A stretch of DNA of 64,000 nucleotides from NCBI GenBank assembly GCA_003281085.1, contig QCCZ01000001.1, positions 99,452-163,451 on the forward strand, given 5' to 3'. The DNA comes from OCS155 cluster bacterium AG-349-E07. GTDB lineage: Bacteria > Actinomycetota > Acidimicrobiia > Actinomarinales > Actinomarinaceae. The translations under genes and the position numbers were made by a program. The notes beneath the pieces were generated by a model, which was given only the letters and a program-made list of their open reading frames with translations, did not search any database and was not told the DNA's origin. The first letter of the stretch is position 1; the number at the start of each line of letters is the position of its first letter. Positions 20,467-30,668 of this stretch are shown piece by piece.

Positions 20467-22094
20467 TTTATAATTTCTTGAATAATCGTTCTAACCTCAT
20501 CAGCATTATTCTGTTGTAAAATCTGATCTTTTATCTTTTGTTTGTTAATTTTTGAGTGTGTATCTAAAGCATCAAATACAAAAGGAGCTGCTGAAGGTGC
20601 CATACTAAATATCTTTAAACCTAAAATGTATAAAACAAATGCTGAGACGGGATCTGATGACATTTCACCACATACTGACACCTCGGTATTATTTGCATTA
20701 CAACAATCAATTACATTAGAAATTGCCCTAAGTACCGCTGGATGAAGTGGGTCTTGGTACGGGCTTAAATTATTGTTGCCACGGTCTGCAGCCATAATGT
20801 ACTGCGTCAAATCGTTGGTGCCAATAGATATGAAATCAACAATTTCTGAAAACTTATCAGCAATCAATGCTGACGAGGGTGTCTCTACCATGATACCGAG
20901 TGGGGGAACTTCAACATTTAAGTTATTCGCTATTTTAGCAACAAACTCTTTTGCTTTTATAAAATCTTCTATAGTAGAAATCATTGGAAACATAATTTTT
21001 AATCTTCCTAATGATTTAGAATTTAAGATTGATTTTATTTGTGTGTCAAATAATTCAATATCATCCAACAATAATCTAATACCCCTTACGCCAAGAAAGG
21101 GGTTTTCTTCTGAAGGTAAATTCAGATAATCTACTTGTTTGTCACCTCCAATATCAAGAGTTCTATAGACAATTATTCCAGTGAATTTTTGAGTTATTTG
21201 TTCTAGAACCCTTGTTTGTTCCTCAAGTGTTGGAATGGTTGTGTTGTCTAAATATATAAACTCGGACCTAAATAAGCCAATGGAGTTTAAAAAGGGATGA
21301 TTAAATGAAATAATCTCCTCTAAAGAACCAATATTAACTCTGAATTCTACTCCTAATTCTTCGTACTTTTTTTTAGTAAAATTATCAATCAACTTTGTTA
21401 TATTGCCTTGTTTTTCTTTGAATTCAGATATCTGATTCTCACTTGGAGAAATAACAATATTCCCCGTATCACCGTCAATTGTCATTAACTCGCCATCTGC
21501 AATATTGTCGAGCAAACTTTTTACGCCGATCACGCAAGGGATACCCAAATTCTTTGCAACGATAACAGCATGCGAAGTAAACCCTCCTTCTTTTAATATA
21601 ATTCCATTAACTTTACTCAAATCCATTGATGATGTATCTGCAGGTGTTAAGTCTTCAGCGATTAAAATAGTGTTTTCGTTTAAAGTAATTTCTCTTTCAA
21701 TGTTTTGCATATTGAAAACAAGGTGTTTTCCTACAGAGAGTATGTCTTCAGCTCGTTGCTTAAAATAAACATCTTCCATTGATTCAAATACACTTGCAGT
21801 GGACGTAAAAATACTATAAACCTCTTCGACTGAAGAATCTGAATTTTGATTTAGTTGAGCCACTATTTCAGGATCTTGAAGGATCAATATGTATGCATCT
21901 AAAATGTCAGCTTCATCATTTCTTTCTTTTGAGCGGAAATCAAGGATTTGAGAACTAAATTTTTCAATCAGTTGTTTGCTAGCCTCAACATGAGTGAGGA
22001 TTGCTTCTTTATCAAAATCTATCTCATTTTCATAAACAAATGATGAACCTATTGCAACACCTAATGAAGCACCTAGTCCCTTAACACTTGTCAT
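20463..22094 (-). CDS. ptsI: PTS enzyme I (PEP-protein phosphotransferase)
   Basis: GGFTSHAVIVA, GLFRSEF, RTLDIGGDK, EENPFLGVRGIR, SIGTNDLTQY, VCGE. Confidence 0.96.
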   Translation of the reverse strand: MTSVKGLGASLGVAIGSSFVYENEIDFDKEAILTHVEASKQLIEKFSSQILDFRSKERNDEADILDAYILILQDPEIVAQLNQNSDSSVEEVYSIFTSTASVFESMEDVYFKQRAEDILSVGKHLVFNMQNIEREITLNENTILIAEDLTPADTSSMDLSKVNGIILKEGGFTSHAVIVAKNLGIPCVIGVKSLLDNIADGELMTIDGDTGNIVISPSENQISEFKEKQGNITKLIDNFTKKKYEELGVEFRVNIGSLEEIISFNHPFLNSIGLFRSEFIYLDNTTIPTLEEQTRVLEQITQKFTGIIVYRTLDIGGDKQVDYLNLPSEENPFLGVRGIRLLLDDIELFDTQIKSILNSKSLGRLKIMFPMISTIEDFIKAKEFVAKIANNLNVEVPPLGIMVETPSSALIADKFSEIVDFISIGTNDLTQYIMAADRGNNNLSPYQDPLHPAVLRAISNVIDCCNANNTEVSVCGEMSSDPVSAFVLYILGLKIFSMAPSAAPFVFDALDTHSKINKQKIKDQILQQNNADEVRTIIQEIIN

Positions 22095-22169
22095 ATATAC
22101 ATCAAACCTTATTTAAAAATTTACTTTTATAGTTTCTTATTACTCAAAAATATTATTACTTTAACTTAT

Positions 22170-22628
22170 ATGCAAATTTTAGTGCTTGAGATTAATACTT
22201 CTATTACTTTGTTTAATTTAAGTGACAAAAATGGGTCACTTAAATTCGAGAATTTAGGAGAAATACAAGACTCAAATCAATTAAATTTTAGTGACGAAAC
22301 AAAGTGCTTGATTATAGATTCAACAGCACCTGAAGAGCCAAAGCTTTCAATGTTACTTACAAATTTTATTAATTCGGAATACAAGATAACTACCAATAAT
22401 GTAACTAATGCTATTAAGAAAATAAACACAGATGGTCAGATAATTGAGCACCTTGATCGTGAAGAATACACAAGGTTGTCAACACCTTCAAAAGCAACTA
22501 TTGGAATGGTCAAGTCATACTTTAATAAATACGCATCATGGAGCTTTAATAAATTTATAGCTTTGCATAGTTCTTACTATGACCAATACCAGACTCTCGA
22601 GCCTGAAGTCTATTTAGAATCTAAATAG
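22170..22628 (+). CDS. Degenerate IspD-like protein
   Basis: LIIDSTAP (cf. IHDGARP) and VTNAIKKINTDGQIIEHLDREEYTRLSTP (cf. IspD beta-arm); lacks the Gly-rich CTP loop. Confidence 0.55.
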   Translation: MQILVLEINTSITLFNLSDKNGSLKFENLGEIQDSNQLNFSDETKCLIIDSTAPEEPKLSMLLTNFINSEYKITTNNVTNAIKKINTDGQIIEHLDREEYTRLSTPSKATIGMVKSYFNKYASWSFNKFIALHSSYYDQYQTLEPEVYLESK

Positions 22629-23440
22629 ACCTGGGTTACTCCAGCAATAATAACCAATCCAAAACCAAAATATTGAAAACCCTTTATTGTTTCATTTAAA
22701 ATCAAAGCTCCTATTACCACACCGGTTACAGGCTCTAAATATGTTATTGTTCCAATTGCTAATGGTGTAACAATTTTTACAACATACCAATAGGTAGCTA
22801 AACCTACTCCTGTTAGAAAGAACCCCAAAAATAAACTTACTAATAAATTATCAAGCATCCAATCAAATCCCGAAGCTGTAAATGGAGATAAACAAATAGC
22901 AGCAAAAATTACCTGTATAAATGCAACATTCAAGCCACCGTATTCTTTTGACTTTTCAGAACCGTAGATTATTAAAAATGCAAGTGTTATTGCACTTATG
23001 ATTCCATAAACAACACCGATTGGTGAGGCAATACTTGTTATATCTAGAAGAAAAAACAAACCCAAAAATCCAGATAAAATAATTAGGATTTGATATTTTG
23101 CAACCTTCTGACCTCTCAACATTTCGATGAATATTACAAAAATTGGATAAGAAAATACTAGCCCAATACCGACGGCAACACTATTTAGCTCAATAGACTT
23201 AAACATAGTTGACCAGTGAATTGCTAGTAAAGGCCCCAATATAAATCCAGAATTAACTAATTTTTTTGTTATACCTTTTTTCTTGAGAACGAATATTAGT
23301 AAAAAAATTGATCCTAAAAATGTTCTTATACCTACAAGCGATAGCGGGCTTATGTTTGATGTTCTAATAATTAATGGAATAGTGCCCCAAGAAATGGCTA
23401 AAAAACTTATTAAAAAATAGGCTCTAAGTTTGAGGTTCAA
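22610..23440 (-). CDS. DMT/EamA family transporter
   Basis: About 10 TM, ISWG, YLEPV. Confidence 0.88.
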   Translation of the reverse strand: MNLKLRAYFLISFLAISWGTIPLIIRTSNISPLSLVGIRTFLGSIFLLIFVLKKKGITKKLVNSGFILGPLLAIHWSTMFKSIELNSVAVGIGLVFSYPIFVIFIEMLRGQKVAKYQILIILSGFLGLFFLLDITSIASPIGVVYGIISAITLAFLIIYGSEKSKEYGGLNVAFIQVIFAAICLSPFTASGFDWMLDNLLVSLFLGFFLTGVGLATYWYVVKIVTPLAIGTITYLEPVTGVVIGALILNETIKGFQYFGFGLVIIAGVTQVYLDSK

Positions 23441-23442
23441 AC

Positions 23443-24804
23443 TTACTGCTGTTCTTGTTTTGAGTAATTGCTAAATTGTGTAAATTCTTTACTAAAGAAA
23501 AGCTCTACTTTGCCGGTCTGTCCTGACCTATTCTTAACAATATTGACTTCAGCGACGCCTGGTATTTCAGTTCCAGGATTGTAATAATCATCCCTGTAGA
23601 GCATCATCACAATATCTGCATCTTGCTCTATTGCGCCTGATTCACGCAAGTCTCCCAATCTAGGTCTTTTATCTTCTCTAGCTTCCGCTGCTCTATTTAA
23701 CTGTGAAAGAGCAAGTATTGGAACTCTTAATTCACGTGCTAAGTTTTTCAAATTTCTACTGATTTCAGCAATTTCTTGTTGCCTATTATCTCCAGAAGAA
23801 CTCTGCATGAGCTGAAGATAGTCAACAACAATTAAATCTAAACCTTTTGATGATTTGAGTCTTCTCGACTTAGCTCTAATATCGGTAACTGTAATTACTG
23901 GAGCATCATCAAAATACAGTGGGAGACTGTTGACTTTTGATGCAGCTTCTACAACTCTTGACCATTTTTCTGGTCCCAGCTGTCCTTTTCTTGCATCTCC
24001 TGAAGTAACTTTTGCTTCAGAAAATAAAACTCTTTGTACCAGTTCCTCTTTTGTCATTTCAAGAGAGAAAAATGCAACAACCTTACCTTCTTTTGAAGCA
24101 TTTGTACTAATATTTAATCCGAGTGAGGATTTACCCATGCTGGGTCTAGATGCAAGAACTATTAGATTACCTTCTTGAAGCCCAGATAGGTAATAATCAA
24201 GATCGGAAAAATAAGTAGGAAGACCCGACAAGCCAGTACCACGATTTTCAATCTCTTCGATTCTCTCGATAGCACCCTCTAAAACATCATTAACTCCTAC
24301 TAATCCGTCTCCAATAGCATCATCAGAAGCAGTAAAAATAGTTTGTTCAGCTTCATCAAGAACACTGTGAATTTCTTTGTCCATAGCCATTGCTAGGAGT
24401 TCGATTCTTCCACTGGCTTTAAGTAACTTCCTTCTATGCGAATGCTCTAAAACTATTTCAATGTATCTTTCAAAGTTTGCTGAACTTGGAACATTGTCTA
24501 CTAGTCGTGCAATATATGATGCATTGATTGATTTAGAGTTTTTTGAATCTTTAAATATCAATTCAGAAACAGTAACTGTATCAATGGGTTTTCCTGTATC
24601 AAACAAACCCTTCATAGCTTCATAAACAGTTTGGTTTGAAGGGCTATAAAAGTCAGCTGGTCTGACTTCTTCCATTAATCTAGAGACTGCGTCTCTGGAT
24701 AGTAAAGCGCTTCCTAAAAGTGCCTCTTCGGCTTCAAGGCTGTGTGGTGGAACTTTGCCTAATGACTGAGTGTCTCTTGATGAAAGTGCTTCAGGACCAA
24801 CCAT
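23443..24804 (-). CDS. dnaB: Replicative DNA helicase
   Basis: PPHSLEAE, SRPSMGKS, FSLEM, VDYLQLM, LSQLNR, LRESGAIEQDAD; no intein. Confidence 0.98.
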   Translation of the reverse strand: MVGPEALSSRDTQSLGKVPPHSLEAEEALLGSALLSRDAVSRLMEEVRPADFYSPSNQTVYEAMKGLFDTGKPIDTVTVSELIFKDSKNSKSINASYIARLVDNVPSSANFERYIEIVLEHSHRRKLLKASGRIELLAMAMDKEIHSVLDEAEQTIFTASDDAIGDGLVGVNDVLEGAIERIEEIENRGTGLSGLPTYFSDLDYYLSGLQEGNLIVLASRPSMGKSSLGLNISTNASKEGKVVAFFSLEMTKEELVQRVLFSEAKVTSGDARKGQLGPEKWSRVVEAASKVNSLPLYFDDAPVITVTDIRAKSRRLKSSKGLDLIVVDYLQLMQSSSGDNRQQEIAEISRNLKNLARELRVPILALSQLNRAAEAREDKRPRLGDLRESGAIEQDADIVMMLYRDDYYNPGTEIPGVAEVNIVKNRSGQTGKVELFFSKEFTQFSNYSKQEQQ

Positions 24805-25256
24805 TATTTTGTTTCAGGTATGATTTCTAGTGTTGTTTCAAATTTTGTATCTGGGCCTAAGACAATAAAAATCGAATGAAGACCTATTTCTTTGACTTGG
24901 TTTTCAACATCGATTTGTTCAGCCTCTAACCTAAATCCTGAGAATGTTTCTATTGCATCAACAATTTGTTCATTACTCACTGCTGCGTATAGCGTTCCCT
25001 CATCTGTTGTATTTTGAGATATTACGATTTTTGCATCAGCAAGGGCTGTTTTGATTGATTCAGCTAATTCATTGTTGGCTACTGCTTGTATTTCTCTTTT
25101 TTCTCTTAATGCTTCAGCGAACTTAAGGTTACTTGAATTAGCAACAACTGCCAGCTTTTTAGGCAAAAGATAATTTCTGGCATATCCTTTAGCTACATCG
25201 ACTACATCGCCCTTTCTTCCTAGAGACTTTACATCAGAGTTAAGAATAAGTTTCAT
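24804..25256 (-). CDS. rplI: 50S ribosomal protein L9
   Basis: [21 protein letters not shown]. Confidence 0.97.
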   Translation of the reverse strand: MKLILNSDVKSLGRKGDVVDVAKGYARNYLLPKKLAVVANSSNLKFAEALREKREIQAVANNELAESIKTALADAKIVISQNTTDEGTLYAAVSNEQIVDAIETFSGFRLEAEQIDVENQVKEIGLHSIFIVLGPDTKFETTLEIIPETK

Positions 25257-25534
25257 CTTCTGTTGTAGCTTTGCTTGTATGAACTTGTGGTCACATAGGG
25301 AAGTAAAGCTAGCTCTCTTGCAACTTTAATTAAACGGGCAACTTTTGCTTGTTCTTGTTTTGTAATTCCTGTTATCAAACTGGATCTAATTTTTCCTCTA
25401 TCAGAAATAAATTTTTCAAGTAACTTAACGTCTTTGTAAGTTGCGTTTTCTATTTGCTGCTTTGTAATTCTTCTTTGTTTAGGAGCCTCGTATTTTGAGG
25501 ATCTTCTTGTACCACTCTTTTTTCCGTTTGCCAT
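25253..25534 (-). CDS. rpsR: 30S ribosomal protein S18 (Cys-free type)
   Basis: [35 protein letters not shown] before the ATG at 25534. Confidence 0.95.
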   Translation of the reverse strand: MANGKKSGTRRSSKYEAPKQRRITKQQIENATYKDVKLLEKFISDRGKIRSSLITGITKQEQAKVARLIKVARELALLPYVTTSSYKQSYNRR

Positions 25535-25545
25535 AATCAATCTCC

Positions 25546-25971
25546 TTAAAACGGTGCTTCGTCTTCTTCGTAGTTTTCTCTAGCAACTGGTTCCTGTGAA
25601 GTTCCCATACCGCCTGATACCCTCTCAATATTTGCTTTTGCCCATCGTAAGCTAGGAGCTATTTCATCAATAGAGAGGTCAACAATTGAACGGTTTTGGC
25701 CATCTTGTGTTTCCCAAGACCTGTAATTTAATCTTCCGACTACAACTACTCTCATTCCTTTTTGTAATGAAGCAGCCGCGTTTTCTGCCATATCGTTCCA
25801 AACTGTTCCTTGAAAAAACATCGGATCTCCCTCTTCCCAAGATCCATCAGAGTTTCTTTTTCTTTTATTTTGTGCGATTCTAATTTCTGCAAGAGTTGCA
25901 CCACCGTCAGTAACCCTAATTTCAGGGTCTGCGGTTAAATTTCCTACTATTGTTACTGTGTTATCTACCAT
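25546..25971 (-). CDS. ssb: Single-stranded DNA-binding protein
   Basis: [17 protein letters not shown], acidic tail DEAPF. Confidence 0.97.
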   Translation of the reverse strand: MVDNTVTIVGNLTADPEIRVTDGGATLAEIRIAQNKRKRNSDGSWEEGDPMFFQGTVWNDMAENAAASLQKGMRVVVVGRLNYRSWETQDGQNRSIVDLSIDEIAPSLRWAKANIERVSGGMGTSQEPVARENYEEDEAPF

Positions 25972-25983
25972 TTTTATATACCT

Positions 25984-26271
25984 CTAGCTTTCCATCTTTA
26001 AGACTTTGTGTCTAATGACATCATCAGATATTTTTAGCACTCTATCGAGTTCTGCGGGAACATTTGAAGGGCTTTCAAAGCTTGTTATCGTGTATATTCC
26101 CTCTTTGAATGTATCTATTTCGTAAGCTAGCTTTCTTCTTTGCCAAACTCCTTGTTCTGACACATTTCCACCACCATTTGAGATAACTTCTGAAATGGAT
26201 TTGTGAACTGATTCGACGATTGATTCGTCTGCTGTGGGTCTCACGATTGAGACCAAATCGTATTTATTCAT
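25984..26271 (-). CDS. rpsF: 30S ribosomal protein S6
   Basis: WQRRKLAYEI, ELDRVLKISDDVIRH. Confidence 0.95.
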   Translation of the reverse strand: MNKYDLVSIVRPTADESIVESVHKSISEVISNGGGNVSEQGVWQRRKLAYEIDTFKEGIYTITSFESPSNVPAELDRVLKISDDVIRHKVLKMES

Positions 26272-26274
26272 TTT

Positions 26275-26320
26275 TCTCCTATGGACACTTGTACGTGGCT
26301 TCTTTAGAAGCAGGTACTAA
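26275..26320 (-). promoter_or_regulatory. Possible structured rpsF leader (S6:S18-type autoregulation)
   Basis: GCUUC-UAAA-GAAGC and CAC-GUACAA-GUG hairpins; CCU can pair with the AGG of the SD. Confidence 0.35.
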
Positions 26321-26342
26321 TAAATTTAATACTAAATATGTA

Positions 26343-27206
26343 CTATGACAGAATTTTTTTAATTTCTTTTTTCCACTCTTTAAGTGAATCTTGAATATCA
26401 GAACCCATATCGTAGGAATGTTCTTCAGTTGGAAAGTTAAGGCTTTCTATGTCTTTTTTATATTCAAGTAGGGCTTTAACTGTTGCATCATACTGCTCAC
26501 CGTATCTTTTAACGAACTTAGCATCTATGTATTCTTTTGATTTCATGCCTATGAGATCATGGATCACAAGGACTTGCCCATCTGTATACTTTCCAGCACC
26601 TATGCCAATTGTTGGTATTGTTAAATTTTCTGAGATGGATTGAGCAACAACAGTAGGAACACCTTCTAGGACCATTGCAAAACATCCTGTTTCTTGCAAA
26701 AGAAGAGCTTCTTCGAAAAGTTTTTTAGCTAAATCTAGAGTTTTGCCTTGAATTTTGTAACCCCCCATTAAGTTTTTTGATTGTGGTGTTAAACCCAAAT
26801 GTCCCATCACTGGGATTTCAGCATCTATTAATGCCTTTATAACTTCTTTTCTTTTTTCTCCACCTTCTACTTTTACAGCATCTGCTTTGCCTTCTTGTAT
26901 GAATCTACCGGCATTTTTTAATGAATCAGAAATATTTATGTGATATGACAAATATGGCATATCGGCAACAACTAATGATGAGGGGTTGGCATTCGTGACC
27001 GCTTTTACATGATGCAACATTTCATCGACAGTGACAGAAAGTGTATCATCATGACCAAGAACAACCTGTGCTAGAGAGTCACCAACTAAAACGATATCAA
27101 TTTCTGCCTCTGAAACTGCTTTTGCTGTTGGATAATCGTAAGCAGTCATCATAGATATAACTCGATTGCCTTTTAAATTATTAATATAAGGTACTGTTTT
27201 TTTCAT
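26343..27206 (-). CDS. panB: 3-methyl-2-oxobutanoate hydroxymethyltransferase
   Basis: MTAYDY, LVGDSL, ADMPY, VKVEGG, GHLGLTPQS, GIGAG, DGQVLV. Confidence 0.97.
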   Translation of the reverse strand: MKKTVPYINNLKGNRVISMMTAYDYPTAKAVSEAEIDIVLVGDSLAQVVLGHDDTLSVTVDEMLHHVKAVTNANPSSLVVADMPYLSYHINISDSLKNAGRFIQEGKADAVKVEGGEKRKEVIKALIDAEIPVMGHLGLTPQSKNLMGGYKIQGKTLDLAKKLFEEALLLQETGCFAMVLEGVPTVVAQSISENLTIPTIGIGAGKYTDGQVLVIHDLIGMKSKEYIDAKFVKRYGEQYDATVKALLEYKKDIESLNFPTEEHSYDMGSDIQDSLKEWKKEIKKILS

Positions 27207-27326
27207 TTTCCTCTCTCCGCTATATAAGTCGAAGGATTCATCACTATTCTATTAATATTTTATTATTAAACAAGATACTTATTGATATGATTTATTATTT
27301 CTAGCCATTGCCAATAACATCAATAT

Positions 27327-27932
27327 GTGAGTTATTTAAAATATTTAACCTTATTAATATTTATATCATGCTCAGTAACTAGCTCGGGAGTTGTAATGAA
27401 TGACAATGGATACGAAAAAGCTTATTTTGCCGGTGGTTGTTTTTGGTGTATGGAGCCTCCATTTGAGGCAATGGAAGGTGTAATAGAAGCTACATCAGGA
27501 TATATGGGTGGTTCTATAGAAAATCCTACATACGAAGAAGTCACTACAGGTGAAACTGGACATGCCGAAGTTGTAGAAGTCTTGTTTGACCCAACAATTG
27601 TTACATATGAAGAATTACTAGAAGTGTTCTGGAGAAATATTGACCCAACAGCTTTAAATTACCAATTTGCAGATGTTGGGTCGCAATATAGGACAGAGAT
27701 TTTTACAGTTGGAAGTGAACAGAAAGATTTAGCTGAACAGTCAAAAGTCGAATTAGAAAATTCTGGTAAATTTGATAAGCCAATTGTTACTGCAATTTCA
27801 GAAGCGCCTGCATTTTATATTGCTGAAGAATATCACCAGGATTTTTATAAAAAACAAAGTATGCGCTATCAAATGTACGCAAAAGCAAGTGGAAGAAAAG
27901 GGTTTCTCGAAGACACTTGGGGAGAAGACTAA
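27327..27932 (+). CDS. msrA: Peptide-methionine (S)-S-oxide reductase with N-terminal signal/lipoprotein-like peptide
   Basis: FAGGCFWC, TGHAE, QYR, AEEYHQ. Confidence 0.95.
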   Translation: MSYLKYLTLLIFISCSVTSSGVVMNDNGYEKAYFAGGCFWCMEPPFEAMEGVIEATSGYMGGSIENPTYEEVTTGETGHAEVVEVLFDPTIVTYEELLEVFWRNIDPTALNYQFADVGSQYRTEIFTVGSEQKDLAEQSKVELENSGKFDKPIVTAISEAPAFYIAEEYHQDFYKKQSMRYQMYAKASGRKGFLEDTWGED

Positions 27933-28894
27933 TACATAATTGTTTTAGTTAAGTGATGAGGTCTCTCATCGGCATGAAAGTCGGTCCAAATTTTGAAATC
28001 TAATTGTGGAATGATAATTTTTTCTTCCTCTTTTTTATAATTATTTATAAGTTCTGTCAATTTTGCTGTTGCATATATTGAAGTAGATCTGATTTCAATT
28101 TCCTCGGTAGAATCTTTATCAATAAGAATTCCGGAATCTATTTTTTCCTTTAGTTCAGATGAATATTTAACAATTCCAAAACTCTCTAATGCAACTGGAA
28201 TAATATAATCAGCAAATGCTGTCATATTCTCCATATCCTCTATATAAAAATATCTTTTTGAAAGCTCTCTGTGAATTCCCCAGAATGCTAGTTGCGCCAA
28301 CTTAAGAAAATATACTTTTTCATTTTCAAAAATCGAATGGTCATCAAACCTTTTAAAATCTCTTACTAGTCTTTCAACTAACCCTTTTCCATTGTCATAA
28401 AGTTTTTTGGGTCCATCGTCTATGAAATTTATCCAATCACCACCATATTTTGTAACTAAAATATCTCCAACATTATTAAGTATTTTTACTTTTTCATCAG
28501 CCATAGGCATTACAATATTCCCAGTAAAAAGTGTCTTGAATTCTTTTAAATTCATATCCCTCATAAAGCGACCTTGGGTAAGAGGAATTCCTTGGTCTAA
28601 AGCCTTATCTATTTGATAAACCATTGCATCCGTATCTGAATAATTTTCAATTTTATATTTCACAGAAGTCAAAAAATCAGTAAAGACAAAATTGAGAGTG
28701 TTTATTAACATTGTTTTTCTTATATATTCTTTTGGAACAGTATTTGTATTTCCTTCATAATTAATTGAAAAACTATCTTCACTTAATTCAGCTGCTACTT
28801 CGTGTAATTTATCTATATCTATTTCTAGACAAGAAAGCTTTGGAATGACTTTTGAAACTGATGATAAAACCTGAGATTCCCAATTAATTTCCAT
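27929..28894 (-). CDS. Queuosine salvage family protein (DUF2419/Qng1-like queuosine nucleoside/nucleotide hydrolase)
   Basis: LNF, FLKLAQL, MTAFADYIIP, EIEIR, LDFKIW, PHHLTKTIMY. Confidence 0.85.
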   Translation of the reverse strand: MEINWESQVLSSVSKVIPKLSCLEIDIDKLHEVAAELSEDSFSINYEGNTNTVPKEYIRKTMLINTLNFVFTDFLTSVKYKIENYSDTDAMVYQIDKALDQGIPLTQGRFMRDMNLKEFKTLFTGNIVMPMADEKVKILNNVGDILVTKYGGDWINFIDDGPKKLYDNGKGLVERLVRDFKRFDDHSIFENEKVYFLKLAQLAFWGIHRELSKRYFYIEDMENMTAFADYIIPVALESFGIVKYSSELKEKIDSGILIDKDSTEEIEIRSTSIYATAKLTELINNYKKEEEKIIIPQLDFKIWTDFHADERPHHLTKTIMY

Positions 28895-28944
28895 GTAAAA
28901 ATCCTAATAGATTTTAAGAAAATAATTTTTTATACTTTTAGATT

Positions 28945-29814
28945 ATGAAACCAAAAGTCTGTGTAGTTGGAAGTGCAAATATTGATCAAGTTTCCTATGT
29001 AAAAAGAACACCTAATGATGGAGAGACAGTTTTTGGCGACTCTTATCAAATGGGTTTTGGTGGAAAAGGAGCGAACCAAGCGGTGATGGCTGGAATCTTA
29101 GGTGCAGAAGTTTATGTTATTACATGTCTTGGTAGTGACGTCTATAGAGATATGACGATTGAGAATTTTAAAAACAATGATGTAATAACTGATTATATTC
29201 AGACAGTTGATGGATCTAGTGGTGTTGCTCCTATTTGGGTCGATGAATCTGGACAAAACAGAATTATTGTAATACCTGGAGCAAATGATTTAATAGATGG
29301 TTCTTTGGCTATAGAAGCATTAGAAAAAATTGGTAAACCCGATGTCCTGGTTGGACAGTTTGAAATACCAATGAATGTAAATGAACAAGTTTTTTCATAT
29401 GCATACAAAAATGGTGTCAAGACTGTACTTAACCCAGCTCCAGCAAATAAGCCCTCTGACATTCTGCTCCAAAACACGTCTTGGTTTATACCTAACGAAA
29501 TTGAATTTGAGGAAATTTATGGTGATATATTTAATGAAAATAATTTACTTTTATTTGCAAAAAATGTTGATACTAATGTTGTGGTAACTTTAGGTGAAAA
29601 AGGTTGCGCTTACATAGAAAATAATTCCGTAAAAATAATAAAAGCTGATTCAGTCAAAGCAATAGATACAACCGGTGCAGGTGACGCTTTTGTAGGTGCT
29701 TTCTCATTTGCATTAGCAAGTAAATTAGACATTGAAGAATGTCTCAAGTTAGCATTGAAAAAAGCAACTGACTCGGTTACAAAAAAAGGTACTCAAAGTT
29801 CTTATAAAAACTAA
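28945..29814 (+). CDS. rbsK: Ribokinase
   Basis: GSANID, GGKGANQA, NPAPA, PNEIE, DTTGAGDAF. Confidence 0.93.
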   Translation: MKPKVCVVGSANIDQVSYVKRTPNDGETVFGDSYQMGFGGKGANQAVMAGILGAEVYVITCLGSDVYRDMTIENFKNNDVITDYIQTVDGSSGVAPIWVDESGQNRIIVIPGANDLIDGSLAIEALEKIGKPDVLVGQFEIPMNVNEQVFSYAYKNGVKTVLNPAPANKPSDILLQNTSWFIPNEIEFEEIYGDIFNENNLLLFAKNVDTNVVVTLGEKGCAYIENNSVKIIKADSVKAIDTTGAGDAFVGAFSFALASKLDIEECLKLALKKATDSVTKKGTQSSYKN

Positions 29815-30581
29815 TAAGGGATTTTTAAGCTTGCTTCAAGAATTATATTTGTAGCAATATTTACAGACTCTAAATACTCGTCTTTGCCAAGAGCTTCTTG
29901 TCTATTTTGATCACCATAAACTACAAGCAAAGCACCCGTTCTAAGTTTCCTATAACTACCAACAACAAAAAGAGTTGATGCTTCCATTTCTGAACATAAG
30001 ACACCACCCTTTACCCAAGCATCCCATTTTTGATTAAGCTCATGAGAAACTGGCATGGAGTTAGGGTCGTGTTGTCCATAAAAAGAATCTTTGGACTGAA
30101 CTACGCCGATGTGATAATTTACATCCTTTTCTTTTGCTACCTCTTCTAGGGCAAAAACCATGTCTGCAGAGGGTACAGCAGGAAACTCCATTGGCATATA
30201 CTGTGGAGAAGTTCCTTCTTGTCTGACAGCTCCATTTGCAATTACAAAATCGCCAACTCTTGTATGTTCTTGCATTGCACCTGAAGTACCAATCCTGACT
30301 AAAGTCTTTGCGCCAATATTAGCTAATTCTTCAATTGCAATTGCTGCAGAAGGGCAACCAATACCTGTGGAAGTAACACTCACTGGCCGTCCTTTATATG
30401 TGCCAGTCACAGTTTTGTACTCTCTGTTAAATGCAATTTCTTTGGGGCTATCAAAATGCTGTGCAATAAAATCAACTCTTCCCGGGTCTCCAGGAAGAAT
30501 AACAAAATCAGCAATATCACCCTCTTTTAATTGGATGTGATACTGCTTTTCACCATCTAACATAGACTTTTTTTCTGACAT
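29811..30581 (-). CDS. udp: Uridine phosphorylase
   Basis: YHIQL, PGDPGRV, NREY, STGIGCPS, RIGTSG, SEME. Confidence 0.93.
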   Translation of the reverse strand: MSEKKSMLDGEKQYHIQLKEGDIADFVILPGDPGRVDFIAQHFDSPKEIAFNREYKTVTGTYKGRPVSVTSTGIGCPSAAIAIEELANIGAKTLVRIGTSGAMQEHTRVGDFVIANGAVRQEGTSPQYMPMEFPAVPSADMVFALEEVAKEKDVNYHIGVVQSKDSFYGQHDPNSMPVSHELNQKWDAWVKGGVLCSEMEASTLFVVGSYRKLRTGALLVVYGDQNRQEALGKDEYLESVNIATNIILEASLKIPY

Positions 30582-30668
30582 AAAAAAATGTTATCAACAA
30601 GTAACAAATTGTCACTAATTTTTTATAAAATCTATAGAAATTTCTTTGTAAACTGATACTTTAGAACT

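Noticed and set aside
23443..24804. Intein in DnaB
   Set aside because: Normal length (453 aa) with contiguous helicase motifs
27207..27250. pan RNA motif upstream of panB
   Set aside because: Only a weak hairpin overlapping the SD; characteristic features cannot be confirmed by eye
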